Source of the DNA: an uncultured Actinomycetes bacterium
Lineage (GTDB): Bacteria > Actinomycetota > UBA4738 > HRBIN12
Direction: 5' to 3'
NCBI GenBank assembly: GCA_963704725.1
Contig: OY969934.1
Location: 352,001 to 416,000, forward strand
DNA: 64,000 nucleotides
Part shown: positions 48,099 to 57,647 of the stretch, piece by piece
How positions within the stretch are numbered: position 1 is the stretch's first letter
How the letters are laid out: the number at the start of each line of letters is the position of its first letter
The notes under the pieces: generated by a model
What the model saw: only the letters and a program-made list of their open reading frames with translations
What the model was told of the DNA's origin: nothing
Databases searched by the model: none
Made by a program: the position numbers and the translations under genes

Positions 48099-49979
48099 CT
48101 AGGACCCGCGCGCGAACCGCAGGTCGCCGCTGCGGCGCGTCACCCCGGTCCGGTCGAGATGCTCCATCAGCGGGACCGCGTACCGCCGCGACGTGCCCAG
48201 GGCCTGACGTATCGCGCTCACCGTGATGCCCGCGGATCCGGCCCGACGGACGGCGTCGACCGCCCGGGCCACGAGCGCCGGCGTCAGGACCAGGTCCGGG
48301 CCGATGCGGACGAGGGCGCCGGTGCGGATCGCGGCGTCGATCGTGGGGCGCGGCACGCCCGAGCGCACCAGCTCGCCGATCGAGGGGGGCGTCGGTTCGC
48401 CGTTCGCGACCGCCGCCACCACGCCGGCGAGCTCCGCGTCCTCCACGCCGGGCCGGTGCGAGGGGACGCGCAGGGTTCGCCCGCTCCTTCTGACGTCGCC
48501 GGTCCGGACGAGATCCTCGAGCAGCGCGTCGGCCAGGTCTTTAGCCGCGGGCGCGCCGGCCTCACGAAGGGCGTGGATCACGATCGCCTGCACGTCGGCC
48601 GCCTCCGCACCCTCGGCCGCGGGGTTCGCCTCGTGGAAGGCTCCGAGCCGGCCGTTGACCTCGAACCTCACGCGATCGCGCACGGTCGCGGCGACCCACC
48701 ATCGCCCGACGAGGTCCGCGCCCTCGATCGCGTCGGCGGCGGTGAGCGCCCGAAGGTCGGTGTCTCGGACCGCTCGCCGCTCGGCCAGCAGGAGCGCCGG
48801 GAGCTCCTCGGGCCGGCCGCGCGCCCGGCGGGCCAGGCGCTCCTGCGCATCCGAGCCGGGCCGGCGGGGCGGCGACGGGTCCAGGACCACGCCGCCCGCC
48901 ACGGTCTCGCTCCGTCCCGATTCGCGCAGGACGAACCGGTCGCGGACGTCCAGGACCGCCGGCGCGGAGAGCCGGATCCGCGCGAACGCTCCCTCGGGCG
49001 GCAGCGCACCCCCGCCGTACAGCCGGAGGGTGGCGACCCGTTCGGCCGCCCCCGCGTGGAACGTGAAGGCGCCCCTCGACGTGACCGGATGGGCCAGGCC
49101 GCGGACCGGCCTGAGGTGGGCCTCGATCGTGACGGTCGGGCGCCACTCCCCCGGGTGTGCGAGCACGTCGCCTCGCTCGATCCGTCCGCGATCGAGGCCT
49201 GCGAGGTTCACGGCGACCCGGGACACCGGGCGCGCCAGGTCGATGCGCCGCTTGTGCGTCTGCAGCCCCCGGATCCGGGCCCGGCTCCCCGAGGGCAGCG
49301 CCTCCACTTCGTCGCCGACCGCGAGGGCTCCTCCCGCCAGCGTCCCGGTGACGACCGTGCCGGCGCCGGCGATCGTGAACACGCGATCGACGAAGTGGCG
49401 GGCCCGACCGCTCGCGGCCACCGGCGGCGCGGCGGCCACCGCCCGGTCGAGCGCGCCGGCGAGCTCTGCGACCCCGGCGCCGGTGGTGGACGAGCAGGCG
49501 ACGACCGACACGCCGTCCAGCGCGGTGCCCCGGATCCGGTCGCGCACCTCCGCCTCCACCTCGGCCAGCCGCTCGGGCCCGACGAGGTCGGACTTCGTCA
49601 GGGCCACCACGGCGCCGTCGACCCCCAGGACGTCGACGATGGCCAGATGCTCCTCGGACTGCCGCCGCCACCCCTCGTCCGCGGCGACGACGAACAGGAC
49701 GAGTCGCACGGGACCGACGCCGGCGAGCATCGTGCGGACGAACCGCTCGTGGCCGGGGACGTCGACGAACCCGATCTCTCGCCCCGACGGGAGCCGGCAC
49801 CACGCGTAGCCGAGCTCGATCGTGAGCCCGCGCCGCTTCTCCTCCTCCAGTCGGTCGGGGTCGATCCCCGTCAGCCGATGGATCAGGCTCGACTTGCCGT
49901 GGTCGACGTGGCCGGCCGTGGCCACGACGTGGAGCGGGAGGTCCTGGTCGTCGCCGGGTGCCGACGGTGGCGCGGTCAC
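48099..49979 (-). CDS. selB: Selenocysteine-specific elongation factor
   Basis: TAGHVDHGKS, DRLEEEKRRGLTIELG, DVPGHERF, TKSD, C-terminal winged helix SRRYAVPLMEHLD. Confidence 0.96.
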   Translation of the reverse strand: MTAPPSAPGDDQDLPLHVVATAGHVDHGKSSLIHRLTGIDPDRLEEEKRRGLTIELGYAWCRLPSGREIGFVDVPGHERFVRTMLAGVGPVRLVLFVVAADEGWRRQSEEHLAIVDVLGVDGAVVALTKSDLVGPERLAEVEAEVRDRIRGTALDGVSVVACSSTTGAGVAELAGALDRAVAAAPPVAASGRARHFVDRVFTIAGAGTVVTGTLAGGALAVGDEVEALPSGSRARIRGLQTHKRRIDLARPVSRVAVNLAGLDRGRIERGDVLAHPGEWRPTVTIEAHLRPVRGLAHPVTSRGAFTFHAGAAERVATLRLYGGGALPPEGAFARIRLSAPAVLDVRDRFVLRESGRSETVAGGVVLDPSPPRRPGSDAQERLARRARGRPEELPALLLAERRAVRDTDLRALTAADAIEGADLVGRWWVAATVRDRVRFEVNGRLGAFHEANPAAEGAEAADVQAIVIHALREAGAPAAKDLADALLEDLVRTGDVRRSGRTLRVPSHRPGVEDAELAGVVAAVANGEPTPPSIGELVRSGVPRPTIDAAIRTGALVRIGPDLVLTPALVARAVDAVRRAGSAGITVSAIRQALGTSRRYAVPLMEHLDRTGVTRRSGDLRFARGS

Positions 49980-51364
49980 TCGTCGTCGAGGTCGTCGCTC
50001 TCGCGCGCGTACTGGATCGCTCGCGAGAGGTCGGCGATCTCGTCCCCGCGCACGGTTCGCAGATCGAAGAGCACGCCGCGTTCGGTCACGCGGCAGAAGA
50101 CCGGGGGCGATCCGGTCCGCAGGCGGACCGCCGTGGCATCGGGGTCGGGGGTGCGGACCTCCACCCCGAACGACGACAGCGTGTATCCGGGCAGGGACCC
50201 GCCGCCGACGGCCGAGGAGCAGGCCACCACCCGGGCGCCCTCGAGCTCGCCGTCGAGCGCGATCGCCAGGGTCTCGGCGCGCAACCGGACCTCCTCGGCC
50301 GGCTCGCGCAGCATCCGCCACACGGGGATCTCGTCTCGCCGATCCGCGGCGTAGGCGGCGAGCACGCGCTCGAGCGCGGCCACCTGCATCTTGTCCACGC
50401 GCACGGCCCGCGCGATCGGATGCCGGCGCAGGCGCGCGACGAGGTCCGACCTCCCCAGCACGATCCCCGCCTGCGGTCCGCCGAGCAGCTTGTCGCCCGA
50501 GAACACCACGAGGTCGGCGCCGTCGGAGAGCGCGCCTACGGCCGTGGGTTCGTCCGGCGGGATCCCCGGCACCCGATCGATCAGGCCGGACCCGAGGTCG
50601 TACAGGAACGGGACCTGGGCCTTCGCGGCGACGGCGGCGAGCTCGGCCGCGGAGGGGGCCGCGGTGAAGCCGACGACCCGGTAGTTGCTGGGGTGGACCT
50701 TGAGGATGAGGGCGGTCCGGTCGGTCAGGGCGGACCGGAAGTCCGCCACCCGGGTCCGGTTGGTGGTCCCGACCTCGACGAGGTGCGCTCCGGAGGCCCC
50801 CAGGATGTCGGGGATGCGGAACTCGCCGCCGATCTCGATCAGCTCGCCGCGCGAGACGAGCACCTGCTTGCCCCGCGCGAGGCAGGCCAGCGCGAGCAGC
50901 AGCCCGGCCGCTCCGTTGTTCACGATCAGGCCGTCCTCGGCACCGGTGAGCGCCGCCGCGAGCACCTCGGCCCTCGCGCTGCGGCGGCCGCGGGCGCCGC
51001 TGCTGCGCTCGACCTCGAGGTCCGTGTACCCCTCGGCCGCGCGGGCCGCCGCCTCGACCGCCGCCGGCGGCAGCGGCGCCCGTCCGAGCCCCGTGTGCAG
51101 GACGACGCCGGTCGCGTTGATGACCCGGCCGAGCCCATTCGCCGCCGCGGCGGCGAGTCCGATCGCCCGAGCCAGGATCTCGTCCCGCGAGGGGGGCTCG
51201 CCGCCTCGCGCGGCGGAGGCTCGAACCTCCTCTAGCGTGCTGGTGATCGTGCGCTTGAGCAGGGTGCGCCCGAAGGTCGCGCCGGCGCGCCGGCCCGGCT
51301 CGGACCGCAGTAGCGTGTCGACCGACGGGATCCGGCGCCGCGGTTCGGTTGCGGTCCGCGCCAT
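49976..51364 (-). CDS. selA: L-seryl-tRNA(Sec) selenium transferase
   Basis: INATGVVLHTGLGRAPL, VNNGAA, SRGELIEIGGEFR, GTTNRT, FSGDKLLGGPQAG. Confidence 0.96.
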   Translation of the reverse strand: MARTATEPRRRIPSVDTLLRSEPGRRAGATFGRTLLKRTITSTLEEVRASAARGGEPPSRDEILARAIGLAAAAANGLGRVINATGVVLHTGLGRAPLPPAAVEAAARAAEGYTDLEVERSSGARGRRSARAEVLAAALTGAEDGLIVNNGAAGLLLALACLARGKQVLVSRGELIEIGGEFRIPDILGASGAHLVEVGTTNRTRVADFRSALTDRTALILKVHPSNYRVVGFTAAPSAAELAAVAAKAQVPFLYDLGSGLIDRVPGIPPDEPTAVGALSDGADLVVFSGDKLLGGPQAGIVLGRSDLVARLRRHPIARAVRVDKMQVAALERVLAAYAADRRDEIPVWRMLREPAEEVRLRAETLAIALDGELEGARVVACSSAVGGGSLPGYTLSSFGVEVRTPDPDATAVRLRTGSPPVFCRVTERGVLFDLRTVRGDEIADLSRAIQYARESDDLDDE

Positions 51365-51438
51365 GGCCAGAGCGTATCCGCTCGGCCCGGGGTCGGCCCC
51401 GACGACGTTCGCGCCCCACTCGGTAGGATGGGCCTCCG

Positions 51439-52629
51439 GTGGACACCCAAGAACGCGCTCAGTTCACCGCCGCGGGGGAGCACTGGATGGTGCGAGGCGG
51501 CGGCGTCGACATCGAGGTCGTCTCCCCGCGGGGTCTGCGGACCGAGGAGATGATCCTCAACATCGGGCCGCAGCATCCCTCGACGCACGGCGTGCTGCGG
51601 ATCGTGCTCGAGCTCGACGGCGAGGTGATCACCCGCGCGGAGCCGGTGATCGGGTACATGCACCGGGCCGCCGAGAAGCTCGCCGAGCACCGCGACGCCC
51701 GGCAGGCCATGGTCCTGATGAACCGGCACGACTGGCTGTCGGCGTTCAACAACGAGCTGGGCTTCATCCTGGCGGTGGAGCGGCTCGCCGGCATCGAGGT
51801 CCCGGAGCGCGCCCGATGGATCCGCACGATGCTCGCCGAGTGGAACCGGGTCCTCAGCCACCTGATGTTCCTGGGGTCCTATCCGCTCGAGCTCGGCGCG
51901 ATGACGCCGATCTTCTACGCGTTCATCGAGCGCGAGATGATCCAGGCCCTCATGGAGTCCGCCACCGGCGCGCGGATGCACTTCTCCTACATCCGTCCGG
52001 GCGGGTTGAAGGACGACCTGCCCCGTGGGTGGCTGCGGCAATCGGCCGAGGTCCTCACGCACGTCCGCAAGAAGCTCAGGGACTTCGAGAACCTGGTGAT
52101 GGGCAACGAGATCGTGTACGGGCGCACCAAGAACGTCGGGGTCCTGCCCGCCGAGACCGCGATCGCGTTCGGGTGCTCTGGTCCGGTGCTGCAGGCGTCG
52201 GGCGTCCCGATGGATCCGCGCAAGGACGAGCCGTACGAGAAGTACGACGAGGTGGAGTTCGACGTCCCCGTCGGCTCCCGCGGCGATTCCTACGACCGCC
52301 TGTGGGTGCTGGCCCAGCGGATGCAGCAGTCGTGCAACATCGTCGAGCAGTGCATGGACAAGCTCCCGCCCGGCGACTACGTCGCGCCGAAGCTCCCCAA
52401 GACCATCAAGCTCGACGGCGAGGTCTACGTCCGCACCGAGAACCCGCTCGGGCTCATGGCGTACTACCTCGTCGGCGACGGCAAGCCCGAGCCCTACCGG
52501 CTCAAGATGCGGACCGCGTCGTTCTCCAACGTGTCCGTACTGCCCGCCATGCTCCCGGGGACGCTCGTCCCGGATCTCATCGCGATCCTCGGCTCGGTCT
52601 TCTTCGTCGTCGGCGACGTGGACCGGTAG
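51439..52629 (+). CDS. nuoD: NADH-quinone oxidoreductase subunit D, stand-alone paralog
   Basis: NIGPQHPSTHGVLR, GYMHRAAEKL, RHDW, ELGA, ENPLG, VGDVDR. Confidence 0.93.
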   Translation: MDTQERAQFTAAGEHWMVRGGGVDIEVVSPRGLRTEEMILNIGPQHPSTHGVLRIVLELDGEVITRAEPVIGYMHRAAEKLAEHRDARQAMVLMNRHDWLSAFNNELGFILAVERLAGIEVPERARWIRTMLAEWNRVLSHLMFLGSYPLELGAMTPIFYAFIEREMIQALMESATGARMHFSYIRPGGLKDDLPRGWLRQSAEVLTHVRKKLRDFENLVMGNEIVYGRTKNVGVLPAETAIAFGCSGPVLQASGVPMDPRKDEPYEKYDEVEFDVPVGSRGDSYDRLWVLAQRMQQSCNIVEQCMDKLPPGDYVAPKLPKTIKLDGEVYVRTENPLGLMAYYLVGDGKPEPYRLKMRTASFSNVSVLPAMLPGTLVPDLIAILGSVFFVVGDVDR

Positions 52630-52707
52630 CGCCGCGAGCTTGCGGCCGCATCCCGGCGAGCACCCCGACCAGGCGCGCGAAGGCGGCGACGCGCGCCAAA
52701 CGTAGGC

Positions 52708-54165
52708 CTACCGCTGGCGGTTGAACCAGACGCCGCCGGGGCCGTAGTAGCTGGTGCCCTCGCCCCAGACCCCGATCGTCTTGCCGGTGCTCGTGATCGC
52801 GATCTCGCCGTAGTCGCCGTAGAACTCCGTGAACCCACGGCGGTCGATGTAGTCGGTGCCGGAGGTCGCGTCGGAGATCTTGACGGGCGTGCTCCACGTG
52901 GCGCCGAGATCGTCGGTGGTCGTGTACCAGACGTTCCACCGGCCGGTGCGCTGGTCCGCGAACCACAGGCGCGCCTCGTCGTCGCCGAGCCCCACGGCCG
53001 CCGGGAACGCCGCGTTCACGCCGGGCCGCGAGATCGCCACGCGCTCGCTCCACGTGAGGCCGCCGTCGACCGACGACCGCGCGTACACGGTCTGCGGCCC
53101 GAACGGCTCGGACGCGCCGTTGTAGACGAAGACGAGGTCGCCGCCCTCGTCCGCCGCGAGCACAGGGCCGCTGTCGTAGAAGTCGCCGTAGCACGATCGG
53201 GACGTGCACCGCGATCCGAGCTCGAGCTCGTCCACGACGAGGTCGGTCCAGGTCGCGCCGGCGTCGTCGGAGGCGATCAGGTGGACGTCCATCACGCCCT
53301 CGGCCGAGTCGCCCGGCCCCGTGTACGTGAAGCTGATGTGCGAGAAGACGACGCGGCCGCTCGGGAGGACGACGCCGCCGTAGTCGTAGTAGTAGCGGCC
53401 GCCGGTCGTCACGACCGAGGTGGACCACGTGACGCCCCCGTCGTGCGAAACGGCGGCGTGCACGTCCCCGTGGGTCGGGCCGTTGAACAGGACGTACACG
53501 CTCGATCCGTCGGGGCTGAGGGCCAGGTTCGGCTTGTCGCCCCAGTTCACGTCGGGATGGATCGGGACCGGGTCCGACCACGTCCGCCCGTGGTCCGACG
53601 AGGTGGAGAAGACGATCTGGAAGTTGTTCATCCACACGGCGTCGACCGCGCCGGTGTCGGGGACGACCTCGATCAGCGGATCGAACTGCCCCTTCACACC
53701 CCGGCAGGTGCACAGGAAGCGCTCGAGGCCCCACCTCCGACCGCCGTCCGAGGAGACGTGCAGGATCATCGCCGGGTCGGGGCAGTGGCGGCAGGCGGAC
53801 TCGCCGTACCGGTTGTGCAGGATGTAGACGTAGGGAGCGTTCGGGTCTGCGGCGACCGCGGGCTCCCAGTCGTCCGCCGTCTCGTTCACGATGCGCTCGC
53901 CGGCCCACCCCGGCGCCGGCGTACGTCGGACCCGTTCGGTCACGCCCAGCGTCCCCGCCGCGCGGGCCGACTCGAGCGCCTCCAGGCGTTGCTCCGTCCC
54001 CTCCTGCTGCTCCGCGATCTCGGCCGCGAGCCCCTCGTCGACCTCCTCCGGAGCCCGGGCCCGGGGGTGGGCGGCTCCCCCGTCGCCGCCGGTGCACGCC
54101 GCGGCCAGCAACGAAATCGCGGCGAAGACGACGAGGACCAGGAACGGCGTTCGGCGGTTGTGCAT
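52708..54165 (-). CDS. BNR/Asp-box (sialidase-like) beta-propeller lipoprotein
   Basis: Lipobox LAAAC; six Asp boxes (SSDGGRRW, SSDHGRTW, SHDGGVTW, SDDAGATW, SVDGGLTW, TDDLGATW); GDY. Confidence 0.88.
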   Translation of the reverse strand: MHNRRTPFLVLVVFAAISLLAAACTGGDGGAAHPRARAPEEVDEGLAAEIAEQQEGTEQRLEALESARAAGTLGVTERVRRTPAPGWAGERIVNETADDWEPAVAADPNAPYVYILHNRYGESACRHCPDPAMILHVSSDGGRRWGLERFLCTCRGVKGQFDPLIEVVPDTGAVDAVWMNNFQIVFSTSSDHGRTWSDPVPIHPDVNWGDKPNLALSPDGSSVYVLFNGPTHGDVHAAVSHDGGVTWSTSVVTTGGRYYYDYGGVVLPSGRVVFSHISFTYTGPGDSAEGVMDVHLIASDDAGATWTDLVVDELELGSRCTSRSCYGDFYDSGPVLAADEGGDLVFVYNGASEPFGPQTVYARSSVDGGLTWSERVAISRPGVNAAFPAAVGLGDDEARLWFADQRTGRWNVWYTTTDDLGATWSTPVKISDATSGTDYIDRRGFTEFYGDYGEIAITSTGKTIGVWGEGTSYYGPGGVWFNRQR

Positions 54166-54219
54166 CGAGAACCCTCCGATCGGGCGGCGCCCGACCCTAT
54201 CCCGGCCCTGAACGAGGGG

Positions 54220-55302
54220 TCAATCGAGCGTCCGGGCGCGCGTCAGCCACCCCGGCTCGGGGAGGCCGGGCGTGGCGAGGACCATCCATCGCAGTCGCCC
54301 CAGGGCGGCGGGGTCGACGAGCAGTCTCGCGCGGTTCCGTCCGTCCCAGGCCCGGACGGCGTCGGCGCCCCGACCGCCGCCCAGCAGTTCCGCCTGACGG
54401 TCCCGTTCCCCGCGCAGCCACGCCTCGAGCCCGAGCGCGCGAAGGGCGGAGGACTGCGGCACCGGGCCGAAGGGCACGAGACCGTGCCCGCGCGCACGCG
54501 CCGCCACGGCCCGCAGGTCGACGCCGGCCGTGATGTCGGCCGAGCCGGGATCGGACAGGACGTCCTCGACCAGCCGGTGCTCTCGGTAGCCGTGCACCTC
54601 GCCGGGCGGGAGCGTGTCCGAGCCGTAGTCGATCAGGAGGGCGTACCCGGTCCGGATCAAGGAGGCCAGCTCGTCCACGAAGGCGATCGCGCCGGTGGGC
54701 ACGGCGGCGTCGGCACCGGGCTCGAGCGGCGGCGCGATCGAGCGGAGCTCCTCATCGCACGGCGCGGCGACCTCCACGAGCCGGCCGTCCTCGACCCCCA
54801 CCCGCACCTCCCACAGCCCGCTCTCGGCGGCCCGGACCCGCCGGAACGGGAGGTTGTCGAGCAGCTCGTTCGCGACGAGCAGGCCGGGGTCGAGCGGCTC
54901 GAGGTCCGAGATGCCCTCGACGGCCCGCAGGCCGAGCTCCCCGAGCGCCGCCCTTGCCCCTGGGCTCGACTCCACGGCGGTGTACTCGAGCTCGATCCCG
55001 GCTCGCGCGAACCCTTCCACGAGCTCGCGGGCCATGGTGCCGTCGCCGGCCCCGGGCTCCACGAGCCGCAGAGGGACGGGTCGCTCCAGGCCATTCCACA
55101 GCTCCTCGAGCGCCGCCCCGACCAGTCCGGAGAAGACGGGATGGACGTGCGGGCTCGTGACGAAGTGTCCCCGTTCTCCGACGGGGGTGCCCTCGTAGAA
55201 GCCCCCGACGCCGTAGAGGGCTTCGCGCATGAATTCGGCGAACGTGATGGGGCCGCGGTCGCGGACGAGCCGTCGGATCCGCTCGGCGACCTCCTCGCTC
55301 AT
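54220..55302 (-). CDS. MidA/NDUFAF7-family SAM-dependent methyltransferase
   Basis: GPITFAEFMREALY, HFVTSP, VEPGAGDG, ANELLDNLP, IDYG, PGSADITAGVD. Confidence 0.9.
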   Translation of the reverse strand: MSEEVAERIRRLVRDRGPITFAEFMREALYGVGGFYEGTPVGERGHFVTSPHVHPVFSGLVGAALEELWNGLERPVPLRLVEPGAGDGTMARELVEGFARAGIELEYTAVESSPGARAALGELGLRAVEGISDLEPLDPGLLVANELLDNLPFRRVRAAESGLWEVRVGVEDGRLVEVAAPCDEELRSIAPPLEPGADAAVPTGAIAFVDELASLIRTGYALLIDYGSDTLPPGEVHGYREHRLVEDVLSDPGSADITAGVDLRAVAARARGHGLVPFGPVPQSSALRALGLEAWLRGERDRQAELLGGGRGADAVRAWDGRNRARLLVDPAALGRLRWMVLATPGLPEPGWLTRARTLD

Positions 55303-55364
55303 GCCGGACAGCGTAGAGCGGGGGCGCGTGTCGCTCGCCACGGCGGCCTGCGAGGATGCGCCGC

Positions 55365-56006
55365 ATGAGCGAGGAGATCCGCCGTGCGGCATCCGTGATC
55401 GTGGGCCGCGACGGCGAGCGGGGCCTCGAGGTGCTGGTGCTCGAGCGCGGCGGGGGGAGCCGGTTCCTCCCCGGGTACGTCGCGTTCCCCGGCGGCTCGA
55501 CGGACGAGGGCGACACCGGGCTCGCGGAGCTGTGGTTCGGCGACCCGGGGGAGGCGTCCCGGGCCTGCGCCGTCCGCGAGCTCCTGGAGGAGGTGGGAGT
55601 GGCGCTCACCGCCGACGGGCTCGCCGAGGCGGCCGGCCGGTCCCTCGAGGCGCTCGCCTCCTCGCCGCCTCGGGTGGAGCAGCTTCCGGAGATCGTCCAC
55701 TGGGTGGCTCCGCCCCGGGTCCCCGTGCGCTTCGACGCGCGGTACTTCGCGACGCGGGCGGTCGACGGGCTCCGCCTCGTCCCCGACGGAGGGGAGACGG
55801 CCGACGCGTGGTGGGCCTCCCCGGGCGAGCTCCTCGAGGACTGGAGCGCCAAGCGGCGGAACCTCTACTGGCCGACCTACTTCACGATGCGTGCCCTCGC
55901 GCCCTGCGGCGACGTGGCCGAGCTGCTCGCGCTCCGCGTCGATCCGCGTGAGCCCGACGAGGCCGAGCTCGAGCGGCTCCCGCGCGCGACCTTCTGGCAG
56001 GACTGA
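55365..56006 (+). CDS. NUDIX hydrolase
   Basis: FPGGSTD, AVRELLEEVG, HWVAP...RFDARYF. Confidence 0.9.
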   Translation: MSEEIRRAASVIVGRDGERGLEVLVLERGGGSRFLPGYVAFPGGSTDEGDTGLAELWFGDPGEASRACAVRELLEEVGVALTADGLAEAAGRSLEALASSPPRVEQLPEIVHWVAPPRVPVRFDARYFATRAVDGLRLVPDGGETADAWWASPGELLEDWSAKRRNLYWPTYFTMRALAPCGDVAELLALRVDPREPDEAELERLPRATFWQD

Positions 56007-56008
56007 GC

Positions 56009-56872
56009 GTGCGCATCGTCCGCGTCCTCGCTCCCAACCCGGGGATCCGCGAGCTCGAGGGCACGAACACGTACGTCGTCGGCGAGGCGCCCGCGATCGT
56101 GATCGATCCCGGCCCCGAGGACGAGGGGCATCTGCGGGAGGTGGCCTCGACCGCCGGGCGGGTGGGCGTGATCCTGCTCACCCACGACCACTCCGACCAC
56201 GCGCCCGGCGCCGTCCGGCTGGCCGAGACGACCGGCGCCCCCGTCCGGGCGCTCCGGCCACCGCGGGGCGGCGAGCGGCTCCGAGACGGTGAGCTCGTCT
56301 CCTCGGGCGGCGCGACGCTGCAGACGGTCGCCACGCCCGGACACGCCCCCGACCATGCCGCGTTCTGGGCGGCGACGGACCGAGCCCTGTTCACCGGGGA
56401 CGCGGTGCTCGGGCGGGGCACGAGCGTGATCGATCCGCCCGAGGGCGACCTGGTCGTCTACCTGCGGTCGCTCCGCCGGATGCGTGATCTCGCGCCGGCG
56501 ACGATCTACCCGGGGCACGGCCCGGTGGCGGTGCGCGGGACGGCCAAGCTCGACGAGTACCTCGAGCATCGAGCGATGCGCGAGCGGCAGGTCCTCGAGG
56601 CTCTCGGCAAGCAGGCGCGGACGACCGAGGAGCTCGTCGCGACGATCTACGCGGAGTACCCGCAGGAGGTCCACGCCCTCGCCGCGCGCTCCGTCCTGGC
56701 CCATCTCCTCAAGCTCGACGCCGAGGGCGCGGTCGAGCGGACGACGAAGCAGGGCGTGACCCGATACCGGCGGAGCGAGCCGCGGACGTGCGCCCGGTGC
56801 GGCCGGCCGGTCCGGGGGAAGGCGCGGCTGTGCGGCTCGTGCAGCCTGGCAACGCTGCAGGAATCTGGCTAA
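56009..56872 (+). CDS. MBL-fold hydrolase (LACTB2-like) with a C-terminal CxxC-x10-CxxC motif
   Basis: APNPG, GTNTY, THDHSDH, TPGH, TGD, PGHG; CARC...CGSC. Confidence 0.92.
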   Translation: MRIVRVLAPNPGIRELEGTNTYVVGEAPAIVIDPGPEDEGHLREVASTAGRVGVILLTHDHSDHAPGAVRLAETTGAPVRALRPPRGGERLRDGELVSSGGATLQTVATPGHAPDHAAFWAATDRALFTGDAVLGRGTSVIDPPEGDLVVYLRSLRRMRDLAPATIYPGHGPVAVRGTAKLDEYLEHRAMRERQVLEALGKQARTTEELVATIYAEYPQEVHALAARSVLAHLLKLDAEGAVERTTKQGVTRYRRSEPRTCARCGRPVRGKARLCGSCSLATLQESG

Positions 56873-57615
56873 GACGCGCGTTCCCAGACGGAGATGTGCT
56901 TGGAGCCGGCGCTCGTGAACGGCGAGCGGTCCCAGTCGGCCCACCGCTCGCGCAGGCGGAGGCCGGCGATCCGCGCCATCAGGTCGAGCTCGGAGACGTA
57001 CGCGTACCGGATCCTGACCGGATACAGATGGACGCCGTCCTCGCGGATCAGGATCTGCTGGCTGTCGGTGCGCTGCGTGATCGCTTCGCTGGTCGTGACC
57101 TCGAGGCGGACGGCGTCGGGCCGGACCTCCAGCGCCCCGACCCGCTGGCCGCGATCGAAGCGCGTGGGGTCGGGAACGAACGCCTCCATCACGAAGACGC
57201 CGTCCGGGGTGAGGTGCCGCGCCACGGTCTCGAAGCACCCGACCTGGTCGTCCTGGGTGAGCAGCGCGAAGAACGTGTTGAACGCCACGTAGACGAGCCG
57301 GTATCGCGTCTCGAGCTCGAACGAGCGGAAGTCCGCGACCGTGACCGGGAGGCGCTCGCCTCCCTGCTTGGCACGGAGCCGGCCGACCATGGCCTCGGAC
57401 GCGTCGATGCCGTGGACCTCGACGCCGGCCGCCTGCAGCGGGAGCGCGATCCTGCCCGTGCCGATACCGAGCTCCAGCGCCGGTCCCAACCCCGCCAGCT
57501 CGCGCAGGAACGCCGCAACCACCGAGGGGTCGCCGAGCGCGGACGATTCCCCGTACCACTCGTCGTACACGTCCGCGATCCGGTCGCCGTACGTCGACGG
57601 CTCGAAATCGTCCAC
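56869..57615 (-). CDS. Class I SAM-dependent methyltransferase
   Basis: ALELGIGTGR, GIDASEAM, FNTFF, ELDLMARIAGL. Confidence 0.92.
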   Translation of the reverse strand: MDDFEPSTYGDRIADVYDEWYGESSALGDPSVVAAFLRELAGLGPALELGIGTGRIALPLQAAGVEVHGIDASEAMVGRLRAKQGGERLPVTVADFRSFELETRYRLVYVAFNTFFALLTQDDQVGCFETVARHLTPDGVFVMEAFVPDPTRFDRGQRVGALEVRPDAVRLEVTTSEAITQRTDSQQILIREDGVHLYPVRIRYAYVSELDLMARIAGLRLRERWADWDRSPFTSAGSKHISVWERAS

Positions 57616-57647
57616 CCCGGCAGCGTGACGGGACGGCGCGCGAGGTG

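Noticed and set aside
48099-52629. Selenoprotein gene or tRNA-Sec near selAB
   Set aside because: I saw no in-frame UGA at a catalytic Cys position and no selC-like tRNA; the glutaredoxin-TrxR uses ordinary Cys codons. A SECIS search was not run
51439-52629. NiFe or NiFeSe hydrogenase large subunit
   Set aside because: Lacks both CxxC nickel-binding motifs and ends in the NuoD-type GDVDR
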